Shown in pieces: positions 26,501-38,500 of a stretch of DNA of 64,000 bases. The translations under genes were made by a program, and so were the position numbers. The first letter of the stretch is position 1. Every line of letters starts with the position of its first letter. The notes beneath the pieces are model-generated. The model had not been told where the DNA came from, ran no database searches, and saw only the letters and a program-made list of their open reading frames with translations. This DNA comes from Mobula hypostoma (lineage: Eukaryota): contig NC_086097.1 of NCBI RefSeq assembly GCF_963921235.1, forward strand, positions 149,112,001-149,176,000, given 5' to 3'.

Positions 26501-29500
26501 TTGTAGGAAGTAATGTCTTGCAGTCCCTGCCAGAGTTGCTATGCATCTGATATCGCCTCCAACCTCATTCAAAATTGTCCTTTCGCCCTTGAAATAGCCC
26601 TCTGCAAATCAAGCCTGGTTTTCTGGTACAGGCCAGGATTGCCAGACTTGAATGCCACAGATCTTGCCTTCAACAGATGACGTATCTCCTGGTTCATCCA
26701 CAGCTTTTTGTTTGGGAAAGTACAGTAAGTCTTTGTAGGCACACACTCATCCACACAGGGTTTAATGAAGTCAGTAACAATTGCAGCATACTCATCCAGA
26801 TTCAAAGATGAATCCCTGAATACAGTCCAGTCCACCGATTCAAAGCAGTCCTGTAGGTGCTCCTGTGCTTCCCTTGTCCATACCTTCTTGGTCTTCACTG
26901 CTGGTGCTGCAGTCTTCAGTCTCTGCCTATACTCAGTGAGTAGAAGTACAACTAGGTGATCAGACTTCCCGAAATGAGGACATTCTTGATGGTGAATAGC
27001 ATGGTAGCCATTCTTGATGGTGGTGTAACAATGGTCCAATGTGGTGTTTCCTCTGGTTTTGCAAGTAATCTGTTGATGGTAATTGCTTAGTGATTTTTTT
27101 CAGACTGGCCTTGTTAAAATCTCCCAAAACGATGGTGAAAGCATTAGGGTGCGCTGTTTCATGCATGTTGATCCTATTGTTCAGATCATCTAAAGCCTGC
27201 TTGACATTGGCCTGAGGTGGAATGTAAACTCCTACTAGAATAACCCCAGAGAACTCCAGTGGTAAGTAAAAAGGACAACACTGTACTGCTAGATATTCCA
27301 GGTCTGGTGAGCAGAATTGGGACAGCACTGATATATTCATGCACCAAGAAGAGTTGATCATGAGGCATACTCCTTCACCTCTGCTTTTGAGAAACTCTAT
27401 CGATCTATCCTGACAGTGTATAGTAAACCCGTCAATCTGAATCACTGCATCTGGTACGGAAGGGGTTAACCAGGATTCCATGAAAAAAAGGACACACAGG
27501 GTCCTAATGTCCCTCTGATGTAGCACCCACGCTCTGAGATCATCGATTTTATTCAGCAGAGACTGCACGTTCGCCAGCAAGATCGTCGATATAGGGAGTT
27601 TAAAACCCTGTTTCCTTAAACACACTTGCAATCCTGATCTCCACCCACGATTTCTGCGAGGTTTTCTCCATGGACCCTTCCGACCACAGACTGTGTTGTT
27701 TCTGTCGGTTTTAAGCAGCGATAGTTCGTTTAAACACATTAAGATACCTTTGTTGACTGTACTGACCTTGGAAGCAGTTGTGCTTTTTAGCTGTAACAGA
27801 CTGAAATGAAAATTATCAGTACTCTGTAACAGTATGAGTATTATTAGTACTCTGCATAAAAAAATAATTTTACCCACATTCTCCTGAATCCCTGGGCCTT
27901 AATTTTAAATCTGTTCCTACTAGTGCTTAAACCAGTGGCAAATGCAAGTAACTTTTCTACTTAAACTTTCTGAACACATCCTGATCTTGCAGACCCTTAC
28001 CAATTTTCCTTTTAACCTTATTACAGAAAACCTTTCTTGCTGGAACCTTTCCTGTAACTTCCTTCAGCATCCTTGCTAGGATCTTGCAGTTGTTCAAACA
28101 TTAGTTAGATCACAATTAGTGCTGTGTGCAGTTGTTCTGATCATATTACAGGAAGGGTGTGTTAACGGTAGAGAGAGAGAGTACAGAAAAGATTCACTAG
28201 GACATTGAATGGATCTAGTTTTAAGGAGGGATTGGATAGGCTGGGTTTATTCTCACTGGAAGGTGACCTCATAGGGGTTTATAAGATCGTGAGTGGCGCA
28301 GATAGGATCTTTTTCCCAGGCAGGAGAGTCTAGAATTAGAGGGCACACTTTTAATGTGAGAGAGGTTTAAATGGGATTGGAGGGGTAATTTTTTCCAAGT
28401 GGGTGGTGATTAATGTGGAACAGGCTGTCAGAGGAGGTGGCAGAGGCAGATACTGTAATTAGAGGGAGATTAGCTTCATTTTTCACATGTACATTTGAAA
28501 CAAACAGTGAAATATGTGTGAACAACCAACACAGTCCAAGATGTGCTGTGGCAGCCTGCATGTGTTTCCATGCTTCCGGCACCAATATAGTATGCCCACA
28601 GCTTACTGACCCTAAATGATACGTCTTTGGATTGTGGGAGGAAAGTGGAGTTTAAGAGGCATTTTGACAGGAACTTGGATAAGAAAGATGTAGGTTTACC
28701 AGCCTAATGTGGGTAATTAAGATTGATACAGATGTATATAGGCATGGATGAGGGACACCAAAATGGCACATTTTTCTGTGTATGCTTCCATAATTTTCAA
28801 ATCTTTCCTAAACTGTAGTGTCCATTATTGGATGTAGGTGGCCAAACCAGAGTTTCATAAAGATTTGACTTAATTTACTTTTATACTCCTCACCTCAGTT
28901 CATGAAGCCCAGTTCTCAACATGTTACTTTGAAAGATTTATGCACACCCACATTGATGTCCCTCGCCATGCACACACTTTAGAGCTCGACAATTAAGACA
29001 CTGTATTATCTCCCCACATTTTCTTCTGTCAAAATGTTTAATTTACACATCAGAATTGCATTTCATCTGTCACTTATTTGCCCATTCTGCAAGCCTACCT
29101 ATACCTTTTCAAATGTTATGCCACGTGTCCATATACAAATCATATATAAAAATAATTGATCCCAGCATCGATCCCTGGAGAGTACCATTGTGAACCACTA
29201 TCCAGTTAGAAAAACAACAAATTAATATGATTCTGCTTATTATCCCAGGAAATTTAAAATCTGTGACTGATGGTTAGCCTTTATCTATTTTATTCCTGTT
29301 CTAGGAAAATCTCTGTCCTTTATGCCCGTTCTCCGCCCGAAGCATGAACTGTACATTTCCCTTTATAGATGCTGACTGAACTGCTGAGGACCTCCAGCAT
29401 TGTGTGTGTCTACTCAACATTTAGTATCTTCAGAATCTCGTGTCTCTTATCCATTAATTAACCTGAGTTATATTCTGTAGCCTACTGCATGATTTTCCAA

Positions 29501-32500
29501 AGCCCTAATTTCTGTTTTCTGATTATGCCTGGACTGAAGTACTCTGTCAGAAGCTTTTAGATATCCTTAGACAAATCTACTGCATTACCTTTCTTGATTG
29601 TGTTAGAAATCAATTTGCATAAAGCAGGCACCACAAATACATTTTGAATAAATCATCAAATATATCTTTTATTTATTAGATATTTGATAGGTACTGGTCA
29701 AACCACAGGAAAAGCTCCTTTCTCTTGTTTAAATTGCGCTCCAGGAACACCTACAATAACTTGAGAGGACAGGCAAAGCCTTTTGGTTTATCATCTCACA
29801 CGAAAGACAACATCCCCAACAGCATAGCAGTTAGTCAACATTATATTGAGGTGTTGGTTTATCACACAACACTGCAAGTCCTGAGACTCATCTGACACAG
29901 GAGAGTTGAAGATAGTTTGTGAGCGAGGAGGAAGAACAGACAACAAAATAGAGAAGGGGAAGAAAAAGCCGTGATGGGGATAGGGCGATTGGGAATGGAT
30001 AAGTTGACAAATTTCATGACACAGGCCGGTGATAATAAATTTGATTCTGTGAGAGAATATCTTAGTGTTTTTTGGTTTATTATTGTCACATGTACCGAAA
30101 TACATTGGAAATTCAGGTTTTACAAGCCATCCTTACAGATCATTACAAACTATAATTATATTGAGATATTAGAAGGAAAAAGCAATAACAGAATGCAGAT
30201 TATGTTATGTTTAGCATTACAGAGAAGGTTCATTGGAGGTAAATATTAAGGTGCAGTGGAATTGGGTAAAAGGGAAGATGTCGAGGGTGGGTGGGGTCTT
30301 TGATCGTGCTAGCTGCTTTTCTAAGGTAGCAAGAAGTGGAGACAGAGTCCATGTTTCATTAATATTCCCAAAGTAATTCATACCGACATGCATTTTTCTA
30401 ACAACATGGGAGGCCCTACATCCTTTCAATCCCATGCCAGCTTTCAGAGAATTTCTATCGTTACCTTTCCCCAATTATTCTCTCTCATTTGCCTCTGAAT
30501 TTCCTCCCCCCCACCCCCAACTCTCCCACTACCCACACTCATCGGGGCCAATTCATCTTTGCTAATTATCTTCCCAGCACATCTTTGGTAAGTGGGAGGA
30601 AACACACAGAGTCAAGGGTTGAATGTTCAACTTTCATATCACACGCTAAGGTCAGGATCAAACCCGGAACTGCGTGACCATTGTGTTGCCTCAGGACCTT
30701 CTTTTCCATTCTCCATCTCTAATTTTTTTTCCCTCTATTCCAAGCATAGGTAGGTATAAGATTACAAAACAATTGGGAGTGCGAAAGAGTACTGGCGTAT
30801 TTGGATATAACATGCAAACAGGCAGGGAAATCTCTATTAAAACTGGTGGGCAATCGTGTGAGTGAAACAGGAACAAGTGAATAGTTAGCATTTGATTTTA
30901 ATGGAAATAGAAAGAATTGGAATTATCACAGATTATCTTGAAAAGCACGTGGTTGTGTTTTTGCTTAAAATTGGGATTAGGAAACACTTCATAATTGAAT
31001 CAGAGTTAGATTCCAAGCATTAGAGCTGCGGAGTTACAGAAAACAGGAAATACGCTTGGAGTTATCAGCATAGTGCAGGCATGTAGGAGATCAAGCCAAA
31101 AGGGCAGGGGATTGAATTTTTTTAACATTAGATTCTTATTAAACATGCGAGGTCTGATTGCAATCATTACTGTAAAAAAAATGAGCTGTATTTGAATTCC
31201 TTTCTCAGGGGTGGTTTGCATACAGGGATGTTCACTTCTCAGGGATGAATACTGCAGGCACTGCTTCTTTAAGGTCAGCCTTCTGTCATCTGTCCGACTT
31301 ATGGAAACTCTGTCAAAGTGCTGCTCAGCTCACTGGGGCCGTGTTCCGACAAGTTACACAAGACATACAGATGGTTGGGGGGGGGGTGCGGGCGGTGTGG
31401 GGAGTGGAGGGAAATGGAATTACTGCTGCTGCCCTCTGCTGACCAACTGTGTTCATAACAAGGAGTGAAAATCCCTCTGAGAAAAAACACAGCAGTAGAA
31501 ATAGACCCAGACCTGGAATTTTCTGGAAGCATACAGAAACAATGGTAAATATCAATATCGGGCTCCAATAATTAACAAATTCAGAAGTCAGTGGTGAGAT
31601 TTACCTAGTGTAATGCCACTTTATGTTGTAGAGAGGCAGTAGGTCCCATCTATAATGCCTCAAAAAATTTTTGACTGCCAGTAAAGCCCTGGTCCCAAGC
31701 TGCCTTTCAAAGCTGATGAATATGGACAGAAGTAGGTAACCTAGTCTTATGAACTTGCTGCACCATGTAATATGCTCATGGCTGATCTTGTAACCATTGC
31801 CCCTACACCTCATAACATTTCATGCCTTTGCTTTCCAGGGAGCTACCCACCTCTGCTTTAGATATGTTCAAAGAGTCTGCCTCCACCACAATCATAACCC
31901 CCGAGGGGGAAAAAAACTTTATTTTTTTAAACACATAGCTGATTGTTGGTTATTCCATGAGAGGAAACATTCTCTTTGCCAACCCCTATCAATGGCCCTC
32001 AGGATCAAACATGCAGTTTCTAATTAATCAGTTTATTATTGTCATATGTACTAAGGTAGGGTGAAAAACATTGATTGGTATACCATTCATAAGATAATTT
32101 CATTGCATCAATACATTGAAGTTGTACAAATTAAAGTAATACTGAATATGGGATGACATTTATAGAGAAAATCAGCAAATGCAGGCAGACGGTAAGGTGC
32201 TATAATGGGGTAGAATGTGAGGTCAAGATCCATCTTATTGTACAAGAGGTTTGCTCAGTAATCTTATAACAATAGGTCAGAATGCTGTAACATATTGTAA
32301 TCAATTCACATCTCTGCTAAACCCCAGAATATATATGCCTAGCTCATCCAACTTTTCTTCATAAAGCAGCCTGCCTGTTCCAGGTATCGGATAAACTTGT
32401 CTGAACTGCTTCCTGCTTATTTGCATCCTTCCTTAAATTAGGAGACCAAAACTGTACACTTCAGATCTTACTTTACCAATACCATATGTATCTGAAGCAT

Positions 32501-35500
32501 AACTCCCTACTTTTGGATTTTATTCCAAACATCAATATTCTGTATGCTTTCCTGATTAATGTACTATTTTGCCTGGCTAGCATTTTGCATATCATGTCAG
32601 TAGAACACCTTTCTGCATCTCAGAGCTCTGAAAACTCCCATAATTTATCTTTCCTATCAAAACTGGTAATCAGTAGTTGGTTTATTATTGTCACATGAGC
32701 TGAGACACAGTGAAAAAGGATTTTTATATTCCATCCATATAGATCATTCCAAATATAAGTACATTGAGGTAGTACAGAAGGAAAAAGTAATTACAAATTG
32801 CAAAATATAGTTTTATAGTTAGAGAAAGTGGAGAGCAAGTATACAAATAAGGTGCAGGGCCACGGCGAGGTAGATTTAAGAGATCAAGAGTTCATCTTAA
32901 CATGCAAAAGGTTTGTTGAGACCTTAAGACTGGTGTTGCATCTTTTCAGACATTTGTATCAAAAGAGAAAGGTTCTTAGTAATTGTGATAAAAGGATTTA
33001 AATGCATCAATGTGAAAACCGTTTTGTACAGAACCTAGGATGCAATAACTGACAGAGTGTGAAGGAAGGTGTAACCACCACCTTCAAACAAAAAACTGGA
33101 GTAGTATTTGAAAGTAAATTGTAGGACTATGGGAAAATGTGAGGAATTGGACCTGCTGGCAGTATTGTAATGTGAAAGACAGCAAAATTTTGATTGCGAC
33201 ATTTAGGAGAAGGTTCAATAAGTACATGGATGGGAGGCGTATGGAGGGCTGTAGTCTAGGTGCAGGTCGGTGGGTTTAAGCAGATTAATAGTTTGGCATT
33301 GACTACACGAGCCGAAGAGTTTGTTTCTGTGCTGCAATGCTCTATGACTCTGTAACCTATAAAAACTCTACAATTGATTGAGAGCAATGATGTTATACAT
33401 TATACTTTATTAAATCTTTGGGATTTGAGCAGTTATTACTAGTGTGGTAATGGGTCATGTGTTAAACAACTTAATTAAAGCTAGTTGCTATGGTGATTTG
33501 TTGGGCAGCAGAAAGTTGTTTGATTATGTGTATAAAAGATTTCCGGTGATGGAGAGAACCTCACTTTTAGGTTGGTATTGTAAGTGGTGTCAATTGCCTT
33601 AAACCAGAGAAGATACTCTTATACTCACTGTTGCTAGGAGCCCCTAACAGCAGAAGAAATGAAAGAACACTGTTTTACTCAAGAGCTGTTTGTTTCTTGG
33701 GTTAATTGAGTGAATTTCCCTGTTGAACCCTGGTCACATATGGTGTCAAGGGTTTATTAAAGAGATTTGCTATTGCCAGGGGTCTGCACCAGCAGAAGGC
33801 CTTTGAGAGTTGAGTTTACTTTTAATGGGACAATCTGCTTTTTTTTTGCTTGATAGTAATTGCTTAATAAAACAATTTTCTTGAACATATTGCAGCCCTG
33901 TTTAATAAACCAGCATCTTTAAACAATGGCTTTGCTCTTGAAAAGACTCAACATGAAGATGAAAGGTTATTCTGTATATGGCTAGCAGTGCCATTTTGAG
34001 CATTTATGCAGCGTCCCCAACTATTCAATATATCCACGAATGACTGATGACAGAATAATGTTACAAAAATAATTATTAGATGAAATACTTAGGAAATATT
34101 GTGACAGGTGAATGTGAGATCATTCCTTTTAAGGAATAAAATCTGGAAAAAGAGGGGTTCCAAAGAGTTATAAAATATTCATAAACATTCATCACGAAAA
34201 TGTAGTAGTTAGGTACAGAACTAACCCATGAATATACAAACGCCATTTCCAGAAAAGTTGGGATATTTTCCAAAATGCAATAAAAACAAAAATCTGTGAT
34301 ATGTTAATTCACATGAACCTTTATTTAACTGACAAAAGTACAAAGAAAAGATTTTCAATAGTTTTACTGACCAACTTAATGGTATTTTGTAAATATACAC
34401 AAATTTAGAATTTGATGGCTGCAACACACTCAACAGAAGTTGGGACAGGTTTAAAATAAGTTTGAAAAGTGCACAAAATATTCAAGTAACACCGGTTTGG
34501 AAGACTCCACATTAAGCAGGCTAATTGGTAGCAGGTGAGGTATCATGACTGGGTATAAAAGTAGTGTCCATCAAAGGCTCAGTCTTTGCAAGCAAGGATG
34601 GGTCATGGCTCACCCCTTTGTGCCAAAATTCATGAGAGAATTGCTAGTTAGTTCAAAAGGAACATTTCTCAACGCAAGATTGCAGAGAGTTTAGGTCTTT
34701 CAACATCTACAGTACATAATATTGTGAAAAGATTCAGAGAATTCAGAGACATCTCAGTGCGTAAAGGGCAAGGTCAGAAACCACTGTTGAATGCGCGTGA
34801 TCTTCGAGCCCTCAGGCGGCACTGCCTAAGAAACCGTCATGCTACTGTGACAATTATAGCCACCTGGGCTTGGGAGTACTTTGGAAAACCATTGTCACTC
34901 AACACAGTCCGTCGCTGCATCCAGAAATGCAACTTGAAACTGTATTACGCAAGGAGGAAGCCATACATCAACTCTATGCAGAAACGCCGGCGAGTTCTCT
35001 CGGCCCGAGCTCATCTCAGATGGACTGAAAGACTGTGGAACCGTGTGCTGTGGTCAGGTGAGTCCACATTTCAGCTAGTTTTCGGAAAAAACGGGCGTCA
35101 AGTTCTCCGTGCCAAAGATGAAAACAACCATCCAGATTGTTATCAGCGAAAGGTGCAGAAGCCAGCATCTGTGATGGTATGGGGTGCATCAGTGCCCACG
35201 GCATGGGTGAATTACATGTATGTGAAGGTACCATTGACTCTGAGGCATATATTAGGATTTTAGAGAGACGTATGTTGCCATCAAGGCGACCTCTCTTCCC
35301 GGGACGTCCGTGCTTATTTCAGCAGGACAATGCCAGACCACATTCTGCACGGGCTACAGCAGCGTGGCTTTGTAGACACAGAGTGCGTGTGCTTGACTGG
35401 TCTGCTGCCAGTCCAGATCTATCTCCTATTGAAAATGTATGGCGCTTCATGAAGAGGAGAATCAGACAACGGAGACCACGGACTGTTGAGCAGCTGAAGT

Positions 35501-38500
35501 CTTATATCAAGCAAGAATGGACAAAATTTCCAATTGCAAATCTACTACAATTAGTATCCTCAATTCCAAAACGATTAAAAAGTGTTATTAAAAGGAAAGG
35601 TGATGTAACACAATGGTAAACATGCCTCTGTCCCAACTTTTGTTGAGTGTATTGCAGCCATCAAATTCTAAATTTTCTTATGTTTATAAAATACAATTAA
35701 GTTGGTCAGTAAAACTATTGAAAATCTTTTCTTTGTACTTTTGTCAGTTAAATAAAGGTTCACGTGAATTAACATATCACAGATTTTTGTTTTTATTGCA
35801 TTTTGGAAAATATCCCAACTTTTCTGGAAATGGGGTTTGTACTTTGAAATTTGGACCAGGAGTAGGTCAACACATAGCTCAAGCCTATTCCCATCAACTT
35901 TCTGATATGATCATGGCTGATCCGCCTTTATTTATAATGAGCTGGCCTCCATCACCCCCAGGAGCAGAGAATTCCAGTTATTCATTATCCTCTGAAAGCA
36001 GAAATTTCCAAACACCTCAGTATTAAATGAACAGCCCTTTATCTTGTAGCTAAGCTCTCTAACTAGTGAAAACATCTCAGTTTTTACCCTTCCAAGCCCC
36101 CTGAGAATTCTGTTTGTTTGATTATGTTCTCCCCTTATTCTTCTGAACTCCAGGGAATACAGACCCAAACTGTTCAGCATCAGTTGATGAAACAACACTC
36201 TATCCCTACAATTAGCCTGATAAATCTCCCCAGGACTGTTTTCATTTCTACTGCAGTACCGTTGGTACATTATCTCTGCAAAGTCCTGCAGCTTCATTAG
36301 ATGGATAAATGAACAAGTGTCATCATTCTCTCCCAGGCTAGGGTTCTGACCACTGAGGCTCTGACTACACTCATTTGCCGACTAGCCATGTAATTCATGT
36401 GTCTGGCACTTCCTACTGTTTTCTCAAAGGCTCTTAGAAAAGATGCAACATCTGCTCTCACTGCTGGATTGTGAGTGCTCAAAACAGGGAAAGGGGCATC
36501 TAGAATGGAATTGAGAACCTCAAGTTCATTGGGAGAGAGCACAAGAAAGTCCAAGGTAAATGGTAGAAGGAGCCCCCCCCATCTCACAAAGTACCCATGC
36601 ACCCATTCCATCACCAATATCCTGTCCCTTCTTTGCATCCCATGCTGACTTCACAGAACTATAGTGGAATCAAGTTTCTGAGGGTCTGCCCAAGAAGATT
36701 TATGCATTGATTTTAGTAGGCCATGCTATTAGGTTTTCTTTCTTAGATTCATTATCTTTTTCACATCTTTAAGAACACTTTTAAGGAATCTGAAACTGTT
36801 AGCTAAGGAATTGAAAAGCTGACATAACGGGTATAAATGATGGTTTGATAATTTTACCGTCACTTTCACATACAATGAGGAGTTATTGGGGGAAGTTGGC
36901 AATATTTACATGCTTTTATTGACACTGGATTGTTTGTGCCAGTTTCTCTGTATTATTGATTGGCAGGACATTTTTGACTTCAATACCAATCAGCAAGACT
37001 GGCATAGGATCTGACATTAATTGATTTTGATATTGCAGTATACACTGATACAAATTAGCTCATTTCCTCTTAGAAGTGAACTCAGTAATTCCCAAGATGA
37101 CATCATTAGGATTTGTGGTGTGCCATCTCTCCTCTTTTCCCTGATAATTTATCTATGACCCCAATACAATGAACACCTTCCAGTGACTCCATAAGAAATT
37201 TTGATCGATATATGGTGGTTGAAAAGCTATGGAACAATTCTCAATTCATTCAGCATCTTACATTTTAACCAGGAGCAGGAAGATAGAGGTTAAGTTCCAA
37301 GATGAGGTTTTTTTCTCTGTATTGGATACCAATTTTATAAATAGGGGTGTGATCTCAGAATAAGAGGTAAATCACTAGAACTGAGATTGGGAGAAATTTC
37401 TTTACAGTGGGCTGAAAGTATTTGGAATTCTCCATAGGAAAGGCTGTGGGTACTCAGTTCCTCCATACATTCAAGGCTGAGATTAATAGCTTTTGAGACA
37501 TTGAGGAAATACAGTAATACTGAGATGGGCAATAAAGTATTGAAGCATGAGCAATGATCTTATTGAATGATTGAGCTTGTTCAAGGGCCCACATTAGAGT
37601 GATATTCATTCAGTCCTACCTCTGCCATTTAGAAATCTTCTCCTGGAACTTTCTTTTAACGACACTGAAGTCAGTCATGGTTTTCTCTAGGAAGAGGTAC
37701 AGTCGACATTTCGGGCCAAGCTCAGCCTGAAACGTCGACTGTACCTCTTCCTAGAGCTGCTGCCTGGCCTGCTGCGTTTACCAGCGACTTTGATGTGTGT
37801 TGCTTGAATTTCCATCATCTGCAGAATTCCTCGTGTTTACAGGTTTTCTCTTTCTGTTTTTACTGCTTGTTGCCTCAACCTCACGTATTCTCAATTCTCC
37901 TGTTTCCCCATTGTATCCTTGAGCCATTTACTCATGCTTGCCATAGCCCTTTCCCTTCTTCCCTCTCTGCTTTCTCTTAGTTCTCCTAACCATGCTCATT
38001 CCTTCCTCAGGCTTCAACTCATTCCAACTCTCTGCCTTTCATTTATTTATCTCTTCTATTTTATCATGTTCTTTCTGCTGTTTTTCACTAAATTTTACTA
38101 ATTTTCATTCATTCCTTCACTCTTGTCTGATACAGTTGTGCTCTATAATCTATTTGATGCTTTCCTTTGAACAGTATCACTGTGAAGGATCTAAAGACCA
38201 TGCTTCCTCAAGTCAACTATAGAGTCCCAAATATGCGGTTCCTGAGAGACAAGTTGTTGGTAAGTAAAAATAGTTCAACCACTGCTCTTGAATTTGTTCC
38301 ATTTATCAGAAACAGTGCCTCTTAATGTAATCCAATAAATATGCTCTATATTTTGGACATTCATTATGCTTACTGACAGAACCGCTTTACGACAGATGCC
38401 ATAGTATCTGTCATGCACCTGGCCCTGACACACCTAGAAAACAAGGACACATATTAAAATGCTGAATGCACAGTAGTGGTCACAATATTGGAAACAGAAT

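Noticed and set aside
36297..36638. 113-aa minus-strand ORF
   Set aside because: No recognisable motif and no supporting splice structure; length is compatible with chance.
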